Source: Scyliorhinus canicula (taxonomy: Eukaryota). From it: a stretch of DNA of 64,000 bases. The notes under the pieces are model-generated. The model saw only the letters and a list, made by a program, of their open reading frames with translations, was not told the DNA's origin and searched no databases. Where the stretch lies: assembly GCF_902713615.1 (NCBI RefSeq), contig NC_052153.1, positions 191,379,394 through 191,443,393 on the forward strand, written 5' to 3'. Below, piece after piece: positions 11,404 to 21,649 of the stretch (positions are counted from its first letter, which is position 1; each line of letters opens with the position of its first letter). Position numbers and translations under genes: made by a program.

Positions 11404-12100
11404 AGTTCTACCCAGCTCGCAACGCCTCGCGAGATCCAAGGCAATTTCGTCAGATGTTGCGATATAAATCCTGCCCATTTTGGGCATATCAATGTGCGGA
11501 TTGCGGAGGTTCCTGAGGCTTTGAGAGTCAACCCTTTCACCTCAGGACCTTGGGTCCCACAAATGGGGACCAGACGGAACGGCACTCGTGGGGGTCTCCC
11601 AGGGGATTGAAGTCCCCCAGCTACATGCCCTTTGGGCAGGTTGGTAGCCTGGCACCCTGTCTGTGCCACTTTGGTGCCAAGGTGCCCAAGTAGCACTGCC
11701 AGCTGGCATGGCCACTGCCAGGTTGGCACTGTCAAGGCACCACGCTCGCATTTTTTGCACCCGCGCGATCGGGCCAGGGGTGACCTGCATGTGTGTTGGG
11801 GGGGTGTGCGGGCAGGCCTACTGTCGTGTGTTCGGGCTGGGGTGGGGTGAGGGCGGGTTAAGTTGGGGGTCACTTCAGGGGCCTCTGAGATCTCTCACTA
11901 CACTGGGGAGTTCCAGCCAGCGGAGCTTCCCACTGTACAGGGGTCTGTGGGGCCTTGACTGCACATTCCTCGTTCAGACCCCTTATACAGCGTGAGTCGC
12001 ATTGAATGGTCATGCCTTTCTTGGAACTACGAGCGCCGGGAAACATGCGGCTAAACGCGCTCCCGAGAGGACTTTGTTCCCATTTGGCTGAATCCAGCCC
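11404..12100. mobile_element. Second GC-rich TIR element family (left end lost)
   Basis: Ends GAATCCAGCCC like 36792-37410 but with a different interior. Confidence 0.55.
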
Positions 12101-12172
12101 TCTGACGATTGTCTGTATATTGTTGGTCTCTCACCTTTTGTCTCTGATTTGATCTCTTTCCTTTCTGTTCAG

Positions 12173-12272
12173 CTGCACAGCCCTTCCCCGTTGTGATACT
12201 GTGCATTCCACTTGGAGTGAAACTCCTTCCCCTGCTCGTGATGTGGATCATTTTATTGAGGGACAAAATCAG
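12173..12272 (+). CDS. Transmembrane exon of the Ig receptor: AAQPFPVVILCIPLGVKLLPLLVMWIILLRDKI(R)
   Basis: Long polypyrimidine acceptor ending CTGTTCAG (AG 12171-12172), phase 1 in; donor AG|GTATGG at 12273, phase 2 out; ~23 hydrophobic aa with central Lys followed by basic residues. Confidence 0.85.
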
Positions 12273-12361
12273 GTATGGAATTTTTACTGGGAGCCTTTGC
12301 AAAGCTCGATTCGCAGGTGACCCTTGGCCAGTGTGTCTTGGCAGGAGATTTGAACAGAGGT

Positions 12362-13019
12362 GCCACTCTGATTGAGCCGCACAGTGTGTGTCCAGCACAG
12401 GTCACTGGGCCACTCTGATTGAGCCGCACAGTGTGTATCCAGCAGGGGTCACTGGGCCACTCTGATTGAGCCGCACAGTGTGTGTCCAGCACAGGTCACT
12501 GGGCCACTCTGATTGAGCCGCACAGTGTGTATCCAGCACGGGTCACTGGGCCACTCTGATTGAGCCACACAGTGTGTGTCCAGCACAGGTCACTGGGCCA
12601 CTCTGATTGAGCCACACAGTGTGTGTCCAGCACAGGTCACTGGGCCACTCTGATTGAGCCGCACAGTGTGTGTCCAGCACAGGTCACTGGGCCACTCTGA
12701 TTGAGCCACACAGTGTGTGTCCAGCAGTGGTCACTGGGCCACTCTGATTGAGCCGCACAGTGTGTGTCCAGCACAGGTCACTGGGCCACTCTGATTGAGC
12801 CGCACAGTGTGTGTCCAGCAGGGGTCACTGGGCCACTCTGATTGAGCCGCACAGTGTGTGTCCAGCAGGGGTCACTGGGCCACTCTGATTGAGCCGCACA
12901 GTGTGTGTCCAGCAGAGGTCACTGGGCAACTCTGATTGAGCCGCACAGTGTGTGTCCAGCACAGGTCACTGGGCCACTCTGATTGAGCCGCACAGTGTGT
13001 GTCCAGCAGAGGTCACTGG
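12362..13019. repeat. 47-bp minisatellite, 14 copies (GCCACTCTGATTGAGCCGCACAGTGTGTGTCCAGCACAGGTCACTGG)
   Basis: CACTCTGATT at 12364, 12411 ... 12975 (13 x 47). Confidence 0.97.
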
Positions 13020-13605
13020 ATACAATGGGAGCAGGCACCCTGCTCAATGTTTAGTCTCCCTATCCCTGTCGCAGTTACACCAGCTCCTACTGCAGCCCAG
13101 TTGGGATTAGCTCAGACAGGGGATGGAAACCGGCCCATTCCTGGTCTGCACGATTCAGCTCCTCACAGCATGAACCGGCTGAGGTGTCACAGACCTGATT
13201 TAACACCCCCCCCCCCCCCCCCCCCCCCCAGGCCACCTCCATTCACAATGACGGTGTGCTGCAGTTTACACAGGGAGTCTGAGTCACCGTGACATTAATG
13301 TTTACATGCATGTGGTAACCTGCGTTTGTGGACAGTGATGGCGGAGGCTCCGATTTCTTGTCCTGGCTGATCAGGAATCTCCGCCGCCCTTATTGCCTGT
13401 CATTGGCGTGTGTTGGAAAGATTTAATAATCAACCTGTTTGGCCGTGTTATGAACACATCTTACTTGGCCACCAAGTCCTGGGGTGGGACACGTAAAGGA
13501 AATCCTGGCTCAGAGGCAGAGACGGTACCCACTCCGCCACAAGATCGTTCCACATTCGCTGGAGTCTACTTTAATCTGTAGGATATCTGCAGGAGATATT
13601 AGATT

Positions 13606-13849
13606 TGAGATACCTTCAATTACGACACAGGGGAGAAGATTGGTAATTCAAAGGCTTTAATTATTAGAGAACTGAACAGCAGCCGAGAAGTCTGCTCATT
13701 ACATGCTGCCGAGTGAGCCTCATCTTATATACCGTTTCCTGGGGGCGGAGCCAGAGGCGGAGTCCCCCAGAGTTCCAAGCCCGGTCTTAAAAGGCCAATG
13801 TATTAAAGGTAAGGTACAGTTACAGCAGCTACTGATACCATTCATCACA
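13606..13849 (-). mobile_element. 244-bp solo LTR, 5-bp TSD AGATT
   Basis: TG..CA termini; AGATT at 13601-13605 and 13850-13854; same-length copy at 57608-57851. Confidence 0.92.
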
Positions 13850-13879
13850 AGATTTAAATATGATTTAGTTCTATTTGAT

Positions 13880-14270
13880 TCCAGTGCTGGGTCCCTCGAC
13901 CACTGATGCACAGTAGCAGCCGTGTGTACCATCGACAAAATTCACAGCAGTAACTCACCAAAGTTCCTTCGGCAGCACCTTCCAAACCCACAATTTCTAC
14001 CATCTAGAAGGACAAGAGCAGAAGATACCTGGGAACCCCATCACCTGGAGGTTCCCCTCCAAGTCACTCACCTCCCTGACTGGGAAATATATCGGCCGTT
14101 CCTTCACTGTCGCTGGGTCAAAATCCTGGAACTCCCTCCCTAACAGCACAATGGGTGTACCTACACCATGTGGACTGCAGCGGTTCAAGAAGGCAGCTCA
14201 CCTCCACCTTCTGAAGGACATCTAGGGATGGGCAACGAACGCTGGCCTAGCCAGTGAAGCCAACATCCCA
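13880..14270 (+). mobile_element. 3' end of a CR1-clade LINE (family 2)
   Basis: GTGTGTACCATC..CAGCACCTTCCAAACCC..GTTCCCCTCCAAGTCAC..AGGGATGGGCAA; same as 22980-23340. Confidence 0.9.
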
Positions 14271-14948
14271 TAATTAATTTTAAATGAATAAATATTGGCA
14301 GTAAGTCTCCTGGAAATTTTCCAATCTAAGGTTTTTTTCCCATTTATTGTAGAATAACTAACCACTCGCCACAGCAGTGGGGAAAGGAATTGCACTCTGG
14401 GTAGTGGCTGCTGTTCAGACCGTGGCAATGAGGCTTTCACAGTCTCGTGAAGTCTTGCTGTGCCCTCTGACCAAGCTTTTGCTCACCCGTCCTAATATCT
14501 CCTGTGTCAGGTTTTGTCTGTTATGGTCTTGGGACGTTTTGCTACATGGAAGGTGTGATTATATAAACACAAGTTTTTGTTACTCGTGTCAAAATCACGA
14601 GGTAGAAAATCCTCCCTTTTGGGCTGCGTTCTCCTGTCCTACAGGCAGCGTAGGGGCTTGGAGGTGGAGGGGGGCTGGGTGTGAGGGGAAACTGCCTGAG
14701 GACATCTTCCCACCACATTCCTTAAACGGGGGACGTTTCCCATGGATGGCCTGGGAAGCTGATCCATCGACAGGTGCCTGGAGGCAATTAGAGGCGAATG
14801 CTTGGGCCTGTTGGGATTTTGCCGGTGACGGAACAGATGCCCCCCCACTCGTGGAGGCTGCCAGCTCAGTGGTGGTGGTCTCAGTACAGCAACCTGGAGG
14901 ATCCATCAGAACCGGCGATCTGTGCCCGGTGAAGGCCCACCGGCCTAG

Positions 14949-15238
14949 TGATGAACCATCAATCGAACGCGAGACGAGTTGCTGTACAAAAGAAAGTTAG
15001 GCTTTAATAAGCTAGAAGTTAGCCCTGCGGTCGACTACAGTAAATGGACGACCGCCGGGCATTCTGGGTATTTATACCTCGCTCTGGAGGCGGGGTTAAC
15101 TCAGCCGTTCAACCATTCGGAGAGCCGTCACATGACTGGTCTCAACCAATCGGTCGAGAGGCACATGACCGACCGGGGCCAATGGTAAGCCAGTGTTCTG
15201 CACCAATGGCAGACAGCTATGCAAATCATACCACCATA
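14949..15238 (-). mobile_element. 290-bp solo LTR, 5-bp TSD CCTAG
   Basis: CCTAG at 14944-14948 and 15239-15243; starts TG, ends TA (likely decayed CA); TATA and CCAAT motifs. Confidence 0.8.
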
Positions 15239-15671
15239 CCTAGTCTATCTCAAACCTTCAGCAATGTGCCTCAGCATCCTCGTGACTGAGCAGCACTCAC
15301 CTGTTTAAGGCTCCAGATCTGCCAACTCTCTGACTGGGCCGGTTACATTGAGAACCAGCATGGTGTCCTTAATCAGACAACGAACGCAGAGGCAGCCAGT
15401 TAGGATGCTGCCTTCTGGATGATTGCTCCGCCCATCTGTCTCCCGGCGAGTGAGAATTCAGGATCCTATTTGGTATTACACTGGGGAACGGAAGACCATT
15501 CGAAAATCCTGCCCACTCGGTTAATATTTAACACAAGTACCAATGATTAGATCTGTTTTTAAATGTGTGAGGAATCCTATTTAAACAGGTGCTTGTTGTA
15601 TCTGGAGGTGTTGAAAATGTTATCTTACTGTTAATTTGGCTCATTTTAATTGATCTTGTCTTTATTCCCAG

Positions 15672-15798
15672 GAAGGATCAGGCTGAGGAAGAACCCAGGA
15701 AGGACCGACCCATCGCAGGAAGAGAAGAACCCAAATATATAAACTGCAACATAAACCTATCCCACTCGCCCCGCACAGAATCTCACCCAGCAGTTTAA
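15672..15798 (+). CDS. Terminal cytoplasmic exon of the Ig receptor: (R)KDQAEEEPRKDRPIAGREEPKYINCNINLSHSPRTESHPAV*
   Basis: Acceptor TCTTGTCTTTATTCCCAG (AG 15670-15671), phase 2 matches the TM exon; stop TAA 15796-15798. Confidence 0.75.
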
Positions 15799-15949
15799 AC
15801 TGGGCTTGCTTTAATCATCCTTCACTGTGAGATCCTGGGTTCAGCAAAATTCTTCCTGTTAATCAGCTAGTCGGCAATGTTCTACATCACACTGTGGTGA
15901 TCTTATAGTCTTGATGGGACTGTGTAAATGTGCGATTGTGAATCAACAC

Positions 15950-16318
15950 GGCAGCACGGTAGCACAGTGGCCAGCACAGTTGATTCACAGTTCAAGGGCC
16001 CCAGTTTCGATTCCCGGCTTGTGTCACTGTCTGCGTGGAGTCTGCATGTTCTCCCCGTGACAGCATGGGTATCCCCACAGGGGGCTAAACAGCTGGTTTG
16101 TAAAGCAGACCAAGGCCAGCAGCGCGGGTTCAATTCCCGTACCGGCCTCCCCGAGCCGGTGCCGGAATGTGGCGACTGGGGGCTTTTCACAGTAACTTCA
16201 TTTGAAGCCTCCTTCAAGCCTGTTCGGGGAGGCTGGTACGGGAATTGAACCGTGCTGCTGGCCTGCCTGGGTCTACTTTAAAAGCCAGCGATTTAGCCCA
16301 GTGTGCTAAACCAGCCTC
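15950..16318. mobile_element. SINE cluster: HE1 head (+), family-B SINE (+), family-B SINE (-)
   Basis: HE1 15950-16080; B+ 16081-16205; B- 16215-16318. Confidence 0.85.
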
Positions 16319-17336
16319 TTATCTAACAGCCTGATTAAAATTTCAGCCATTGGCTGGAATTGAAATAACAAGAGATAAAACCAGCTGTGGATTGACCGTT
16401 TTACACTATCACATTCAGTCCAAATGACCCCTATCCTCAGAATTGAATGTGAATTTGAGTTTTCTCAGTAAAAGTCTGTATAAACACTCCGGCTCGCTCC
16501 ATAAGGTACTAGTAGGAGAGCTCATGCGGCAGAGGTGACTGTGAGTGGGACAGGTTTAACCCTGATTATTCCAGGTGCTCTGTCCAGGGGACTGGCTGCT
16601 GTTCCCAACTCCTCGGCTGTGTTGGGGGAGATACTGCTGTAGGTCAGCCAGCTTTCCATAACCCACCCCAGAGTGAACCTCTGCTTTTCATTGTCGGTCT
16701 ATCTAAGTTGCACGATGGAGCTGCAATGATTGTAAACAATGCAACCAATAAACAATTGTTTGTGACTGAACATTGACTCCTCCTTAGCATCAACGTGCAC
16801 TCCATATCACACCGCCGTGCGGAATCGAGTGAGGCCATTCAGCCCATCGTATCTGTGTCAGCTCTATGAAAGAGTTATCCAATTAATCTTATTCCTGTGT
16901 TTTCTCCTTATTTCCCTGAAAAATCTTCCCTTTCAAGCAGTTATCCAATTTCAGGCAGTGCATTGCCGATCATAACTCACTGCGTGAAAGATGCCCACTC
17001 TTCCTCAGGTCGGGCAGCATCCCTGGAGTAAAGAACAGCAGTTTACTATTGAATCTTTCAGACTGCAGCATCATCACTCACTGTTTGAAACATGTTTCCT
17101 TCAGCTGCCCCGTGTTCTGTTTATCGTTAACCTGTGTCCTCCAGTTATCCAATCTCTCTGGCAGCAGACACTTAATGAATAACCTCAGGATGTGGGTTTC
17201 CTTGGTAAAACGGGCATTTATAATAATAATCTTTTATTGTCACAAGTAGGCTTACATTAACACTGCAATGAAGTTACTGTGAAAAGCCCCTAGACGTCAC
17301 ACACTCCGGCGCATGCGTGGACTTCCGTCCAAAAGT

Positions 17337-17655
17337 GGGGCAGCACGGTAGCACAGTGGTTAGCACTGTGGCTTCACAGCATCAGGGTCCCAGGTACGAT
17401 TCCCGGCTTGGGTCACTGTCTGTGCGGAGTCTGCATGTTCTCCCCCTGACTGCGTGGGTTTCCTCCGGGTGCTCCGGTTTCCTCCCACAAGTCCCACAGG
17501 TGGATTGGCCATGATAAATTGCCCTTAGCTAAAGTGGGGTTACTGGTTTCCGCTGATAGGGAGGTGTGGGCTTAAGTGGGGTGCTCTTTCCAAGAGCCGG
17601 TGCAGACTCGATGGGCCAAATGGCCTCCTTCTGCACTGTAAATTCTATGGGATTC
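17337..17655 (+). mobile_element. Full-length HE1 SINE with CR1/HER1 tail
   Basis: GGGCAGCACGGTAGCACAGTGG..GCAGACTCGATGGGCC..CTGCACTGTAAATTCTATG. Confidence 0.93.
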
Positions 17656-17829
17656 TATGATTTGTGTGCGGGGGGGCCCCGTATCCGCAGCCAGAGCTGC
17701 GAGAAGCACTCCGGGGGCTTGCTAGCTCTGTGCAGACGGGAGAATCACTCAGGACTTTCTTAAGGAAAGTCCAGAGTGAAACGCCAGCATTATTACGTTG
17801 GTGTGGGGGACATAGCCCCATTATTGGAG

Positions 17830-18578
17830 TATCCAGCCCCTCATCTTTATGTATGCCTGGTGTTGCTCCTGGCATGCTCTCTTGCACTCCTCATTGAACC
17901 AATTTGCTCCCCTGGCTTGGTGGTAATGGTAGAATGGGGGACGTGCCAGGCCGTACGGTTACAGGTTGTGGCTGTTAACAATTCTGCTGCTGCTGATGGT
18001 CCACAGCGCCTCATGGATGCCCAGTAGAGTTGCTAGTTCTGTTCGAAATCTATTCCATTTACCATGGCAGTAGTTTAGCTGGTTTAGCTCACTGGGCTAA
18101 ATCACTGGCTTTTAAAGCAGACCAAGCAGGCCAGCAGCACGGTTCGATTCCCGTACCAGCCTCCCCGAACAGGCGCCGGAATGTGGCGACTAGGGGCTTT
18201 TCACAGTAACTTCATTGAAGCCGACTCGTGACAATAAAGCGATTTTCATTTTCATTTCTGCCACACAAGATGGTGGAGGGTATCCTCAACATGAAGATGA
18301 GATCTTGTCTCCACAAGGGCAGTGCAGTGGTCACTCTTACCAATACTGCCACGGACAGATTCATTTGCAGTGAATAGGTCGGTGATCATGAAGTCAAGTA
18401 TGTTTTTCCCCTCACCCTCTGCCACAGGCCCTGTCCAGCAGCAGTTCAGCCATTTTCAGCCAGTGGTGGCAATACTGAGCCACTCTTGGTCATGGCCAAT
18501 GACTTCCCCCACCCAGAGTACATTCTGTGCCCTTGGCACCTTCAGTGCTCCCTCCACATGGTTTTCAAGACGGGCGGG

Positions 18579-18612
<34 letters not shown>

Positions 18613-18720
18613 GTATGTGGGTATGTGGTAATCAGCAGGAGGATTTCCTCCCCCATGTTTGACCTGATGTAACGAGATTTCATAAGCGCTGGAGTCAATG
18701 TTGAGGACTTCCAGGGCAAG
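17830..18720 (-). mobile_element. CR1-clade LINE (family 2) endonuclease region, interrupted by a family-B SINE (+, 18075-18256)
   Basis: LENHVEGALKVPRAQNVLWVG..HDQEWLSIATT. Confidence 0.75.
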
Positions 18721-19355
18721 TCCCTCCTAACTGTACACAGTTGGATTTTCACAGTAACTTCATTGCAGTGTTAATGTGGGCCTACTTGTGACATGAATAA
18801 ACCACCACCTGCTTTCTGAAGCCAATCCTGGTACCATATATTGGGAGGGATTCTCCAACCCCCCCCGCCGGGTCGGAGAATCGCTGGGGGGGGGGTGGCG
18901 TGAATCCCGCCCCCGCCAGCTGCCAAATTCTCCGGCACCGGGGTTTTGGCAGGGGCGGGAATCGCACCACGCCGGTTGGGGGCCATTGGCAGCGACCCCA
19001 CCCCGGCAATTCTCCAGCCCGCGATGGGCCGAGTGGCCGCCCGTTTTCGGCGGGTCGCGCCGGCGTAAATCACAACAGGTCCTTACCGGCGGGACCTGGC
19101 TCCATGGGCGGCCTGCAGAGTCCTCGGGGGGGAGGGGGGGGGAGGGGGGGGGGGGCGTGGGGGGATCTGGCCCTAGGGGATGCCCCCACGGTGGCCTAGC
19201 CCGTGGTCGGGGCCAACCGATCTGTGGGCGGACCAGTGCCATGGAGGCACTCTTTCTCTCCCCACGGCCGCTGTCAACCTCCGCCTGGCAGGTGCAGAGA
19301 AGCAGCCCCCTGCGAATGCGCTGGGATGACGTCAGCACACGCTGGTGCTCCCACG

Positions 19356-20330
19356 TGTAGCCATCTAAGATGGACACTGGGCTACAAAATGGAGAACTGC
19401 TAAGGTTGCAGGGAAAAACAGTCTTAGCAAGGACAAGCAGTTTGCAGAAGACTAATTAGCATTCTGCACGCACAGAAACCAGTTTTTGGCCAGGTGCAGA
19501 GTTTCAGCCAAAGGTGTAAATGGCAACAGATCTACATAGTAATGAGGTGATCCAGATCCAGACCCCGCACAATAGAAACATTTAAGTATCAATGGATACT
19601 TTTGAGTAGACGCCCAGACAGAATGGCACCACAGTATCCAACACAAAGAACCATAGGGACCGCCCCACCCATCGAGGAACGACCCTCAGATTGGGGAGTT
19701 TGGAAGATATCGATTGGGAAAGGCCCAATCGATACATGGCAGGTAAAAGGACCGCCCCGAAGGGGCACGGACTTCGGGGACCTATAAGAATAGACCCCGC
19801 ACATGGTTCGGTCTGCTTTGCTCCGGCCCAGATCTGCTGTTGCTTCCAGACTCCGGCCCAGACTTGTTACATCGCATCCTGACTCCAGTTTCAGCACCGG
19901 CCGTTGAGCATCAGCCATCGAACTGTAAGTGCCAATACAACGATCGCTACGTGATCCAGACCTTGCTAGATCCTGACAACTTTAAGTACCTGAGAGTTGC
20001 AGACCAAGAACGGGACGAAGGCCTTGTCCCCTGACCTTGCCTGTTCCTGTCTTGATAAGTATTTTAGTTGTTTAGTATTAGAAGTAAGTTAATCTCTTTA
20101 GCGTATGCATGTGTATTTATTATATTTGTCATAATAAATATCAATCGTTTGGACTTACTAATCGGTGTACAGATTTATTACTTTGAACCTGACCTTGATA
20201 TACTTGTGAGGTGTCTAAATACGGCACCTGGCGACTCCTGAACATAATTACATACACAGAGCCATAGTAGTGTTAAGCACACGACCTTTAAACGGAGGCG
20301 TGTTAATACACTCCAGTAAAACGAGCAACA
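19356..20330 (+). mobile_element. ~975-bp solo LTR, 4-bp TSD CACG/CATG
   Basis: TGTAGCC...GCAACA; TATAAG near 19782, AATAAA near 20133; TSD differs by one CpG-type transition. Confidence 0.8.
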
Positions 20331-20383
20331 CATGCATGTGCCAACTCGTGCCAGCCGGCAGAGGCCCTTCAGCGCCGGTTGGC

Positions 20384-20639
20384 ATAGCTGATGCTCGATC
20401 AATGACTCCAGAAGCGAGATTGGATGGCAATTGAAGGCTTTATTGGACTAGATGTTTCCCCCAGCAGTGCAGGTACAGAATGCAGCTGCTAGGGAGACAC
20501 AGGCTCTTATACTCCGCCTTACTGGGCGGAACCAGCAGGCAGGCTTCACCAATGATATTGCTGTCTCAGGTACCTCCCACACCAGTGGTCTTACAGCATC
20601 AACCTGGGTACCGTAATACCCCTAATACCGACTACCACA
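20384..20639 (-). mobile_element. 256-bp LTR-like insertion, 5-bp TSD TTGGC
   Basis: TTGGC at 20379-20383 and 20640-20644; minus strand starts TGTGGTAG, contains TATAAG and AATAAA. Confidence 0.75.
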
Positions 20640-21151
20640 TTGGCGCCAAGCCCTTCCGGAAGGTGTATTCCGCACCTTCGGGGCGGCCCGATGCCAGAGT
20701 GGTTCACGCCACTCCTCGGCGCCGGAGTGGCCCGTCCCGCCGGTTCGCGGAGAATCCCGCCCATTATTCCTTATGTCCGAATGAAGCTTGTGGTCTTCCA
20801 GTTGAGGTAAATGCTTTATTGAGTAAGTTTGTTTTCTCTCCAGAACTTATACTAGATGTTACATCTGAGCTGTCTGTCTGTGTCCTGCTCACTAGCTGCT
20901 GTTCCCGTGAAGAGTGAGGTCTTGGATGCCGTCTATCTATTTTGTGCATCTCTAGTGCTCCCTCTAGTGATTACTTTGTTGTAGTGTATTTACATTAACC
21001 CCTTGTATACATGCAAAAGTGCAGATCACTACAACCAGGACCTCTGATGAGTCTGTCCTATCGGGGGGTCATGATATAAGCAGCGATGGTGATATCTGGT
21101 AATATCCCAGTTGATGTTATAAGTGTTGACGGGAAGATCCCAAAAGACCAT

Positions 21152-21625
21152 GGGCCGGATTCTCCAATTCTGGGCCATTTTGCTGGGGGCCAGCAGGGCG
21201 GCAGCATCGAGCACCCAGCTCTAGCTGCCGATATGCCCCGGAGAATTGCCATATCCGTGGCTGCGCATGCGCACGCCAGCGGCCACGCCGTGCAACATGG
21301 TGCCGGCCGAGAGCCCGCTAAATAATACCTCCCTTTGGGCGGCTCGCACGCCCCGGACCATCCCCACAATGACCCCAGCCCCTAATAAAGGCACCTCGGC
21401 CCCTCGGCTCGGCCTGCCCCGACTGTGGCGGTACTGATTGAGTCCGCAGCCGCCAGGCCGAGTTCCCGAAGGATCAGACCACACGGGACCGACGCCACCG
21501 GGAATTCGGCCGGGTGGGGGCGGAGCATCGCAAAAGCGGCGTCGCCCCCGATTTGGTCGGGAACTCGGATTCGCCGGCCTATTGCCGGACGCGATTTCGG
21601 CGTCGCCGACCGGAGAATACAGCCC
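21152..21625. mobile_element. GC-rich TIR MITE (474 bp), TSD CAT
   Basis: CAT|GGGCCGGATTCTCC ... GGAGAATACAGCCC|CAT. Confidence 0.9.
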
Positions 21626-21649
21626 CATAACTTGTATTTTTATCAATCA

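Larger units (their letters stand above)
18843..20762. mobile_element. GC-rich TIR MITE, TSD ATT, interrupted by two solo LTRs
   Basis: ATT|GGGAGGGATTCTCC ... GGAGAATCCCGCCC|ATT. Confidence 0.88.

Noticed and set aside
12362-13019. CRISPR array or functional RSS cluster
   Set aside because: Head-to-tail identical units with no unique spacers in a eukaryotic context; heptamers lack nonamers.
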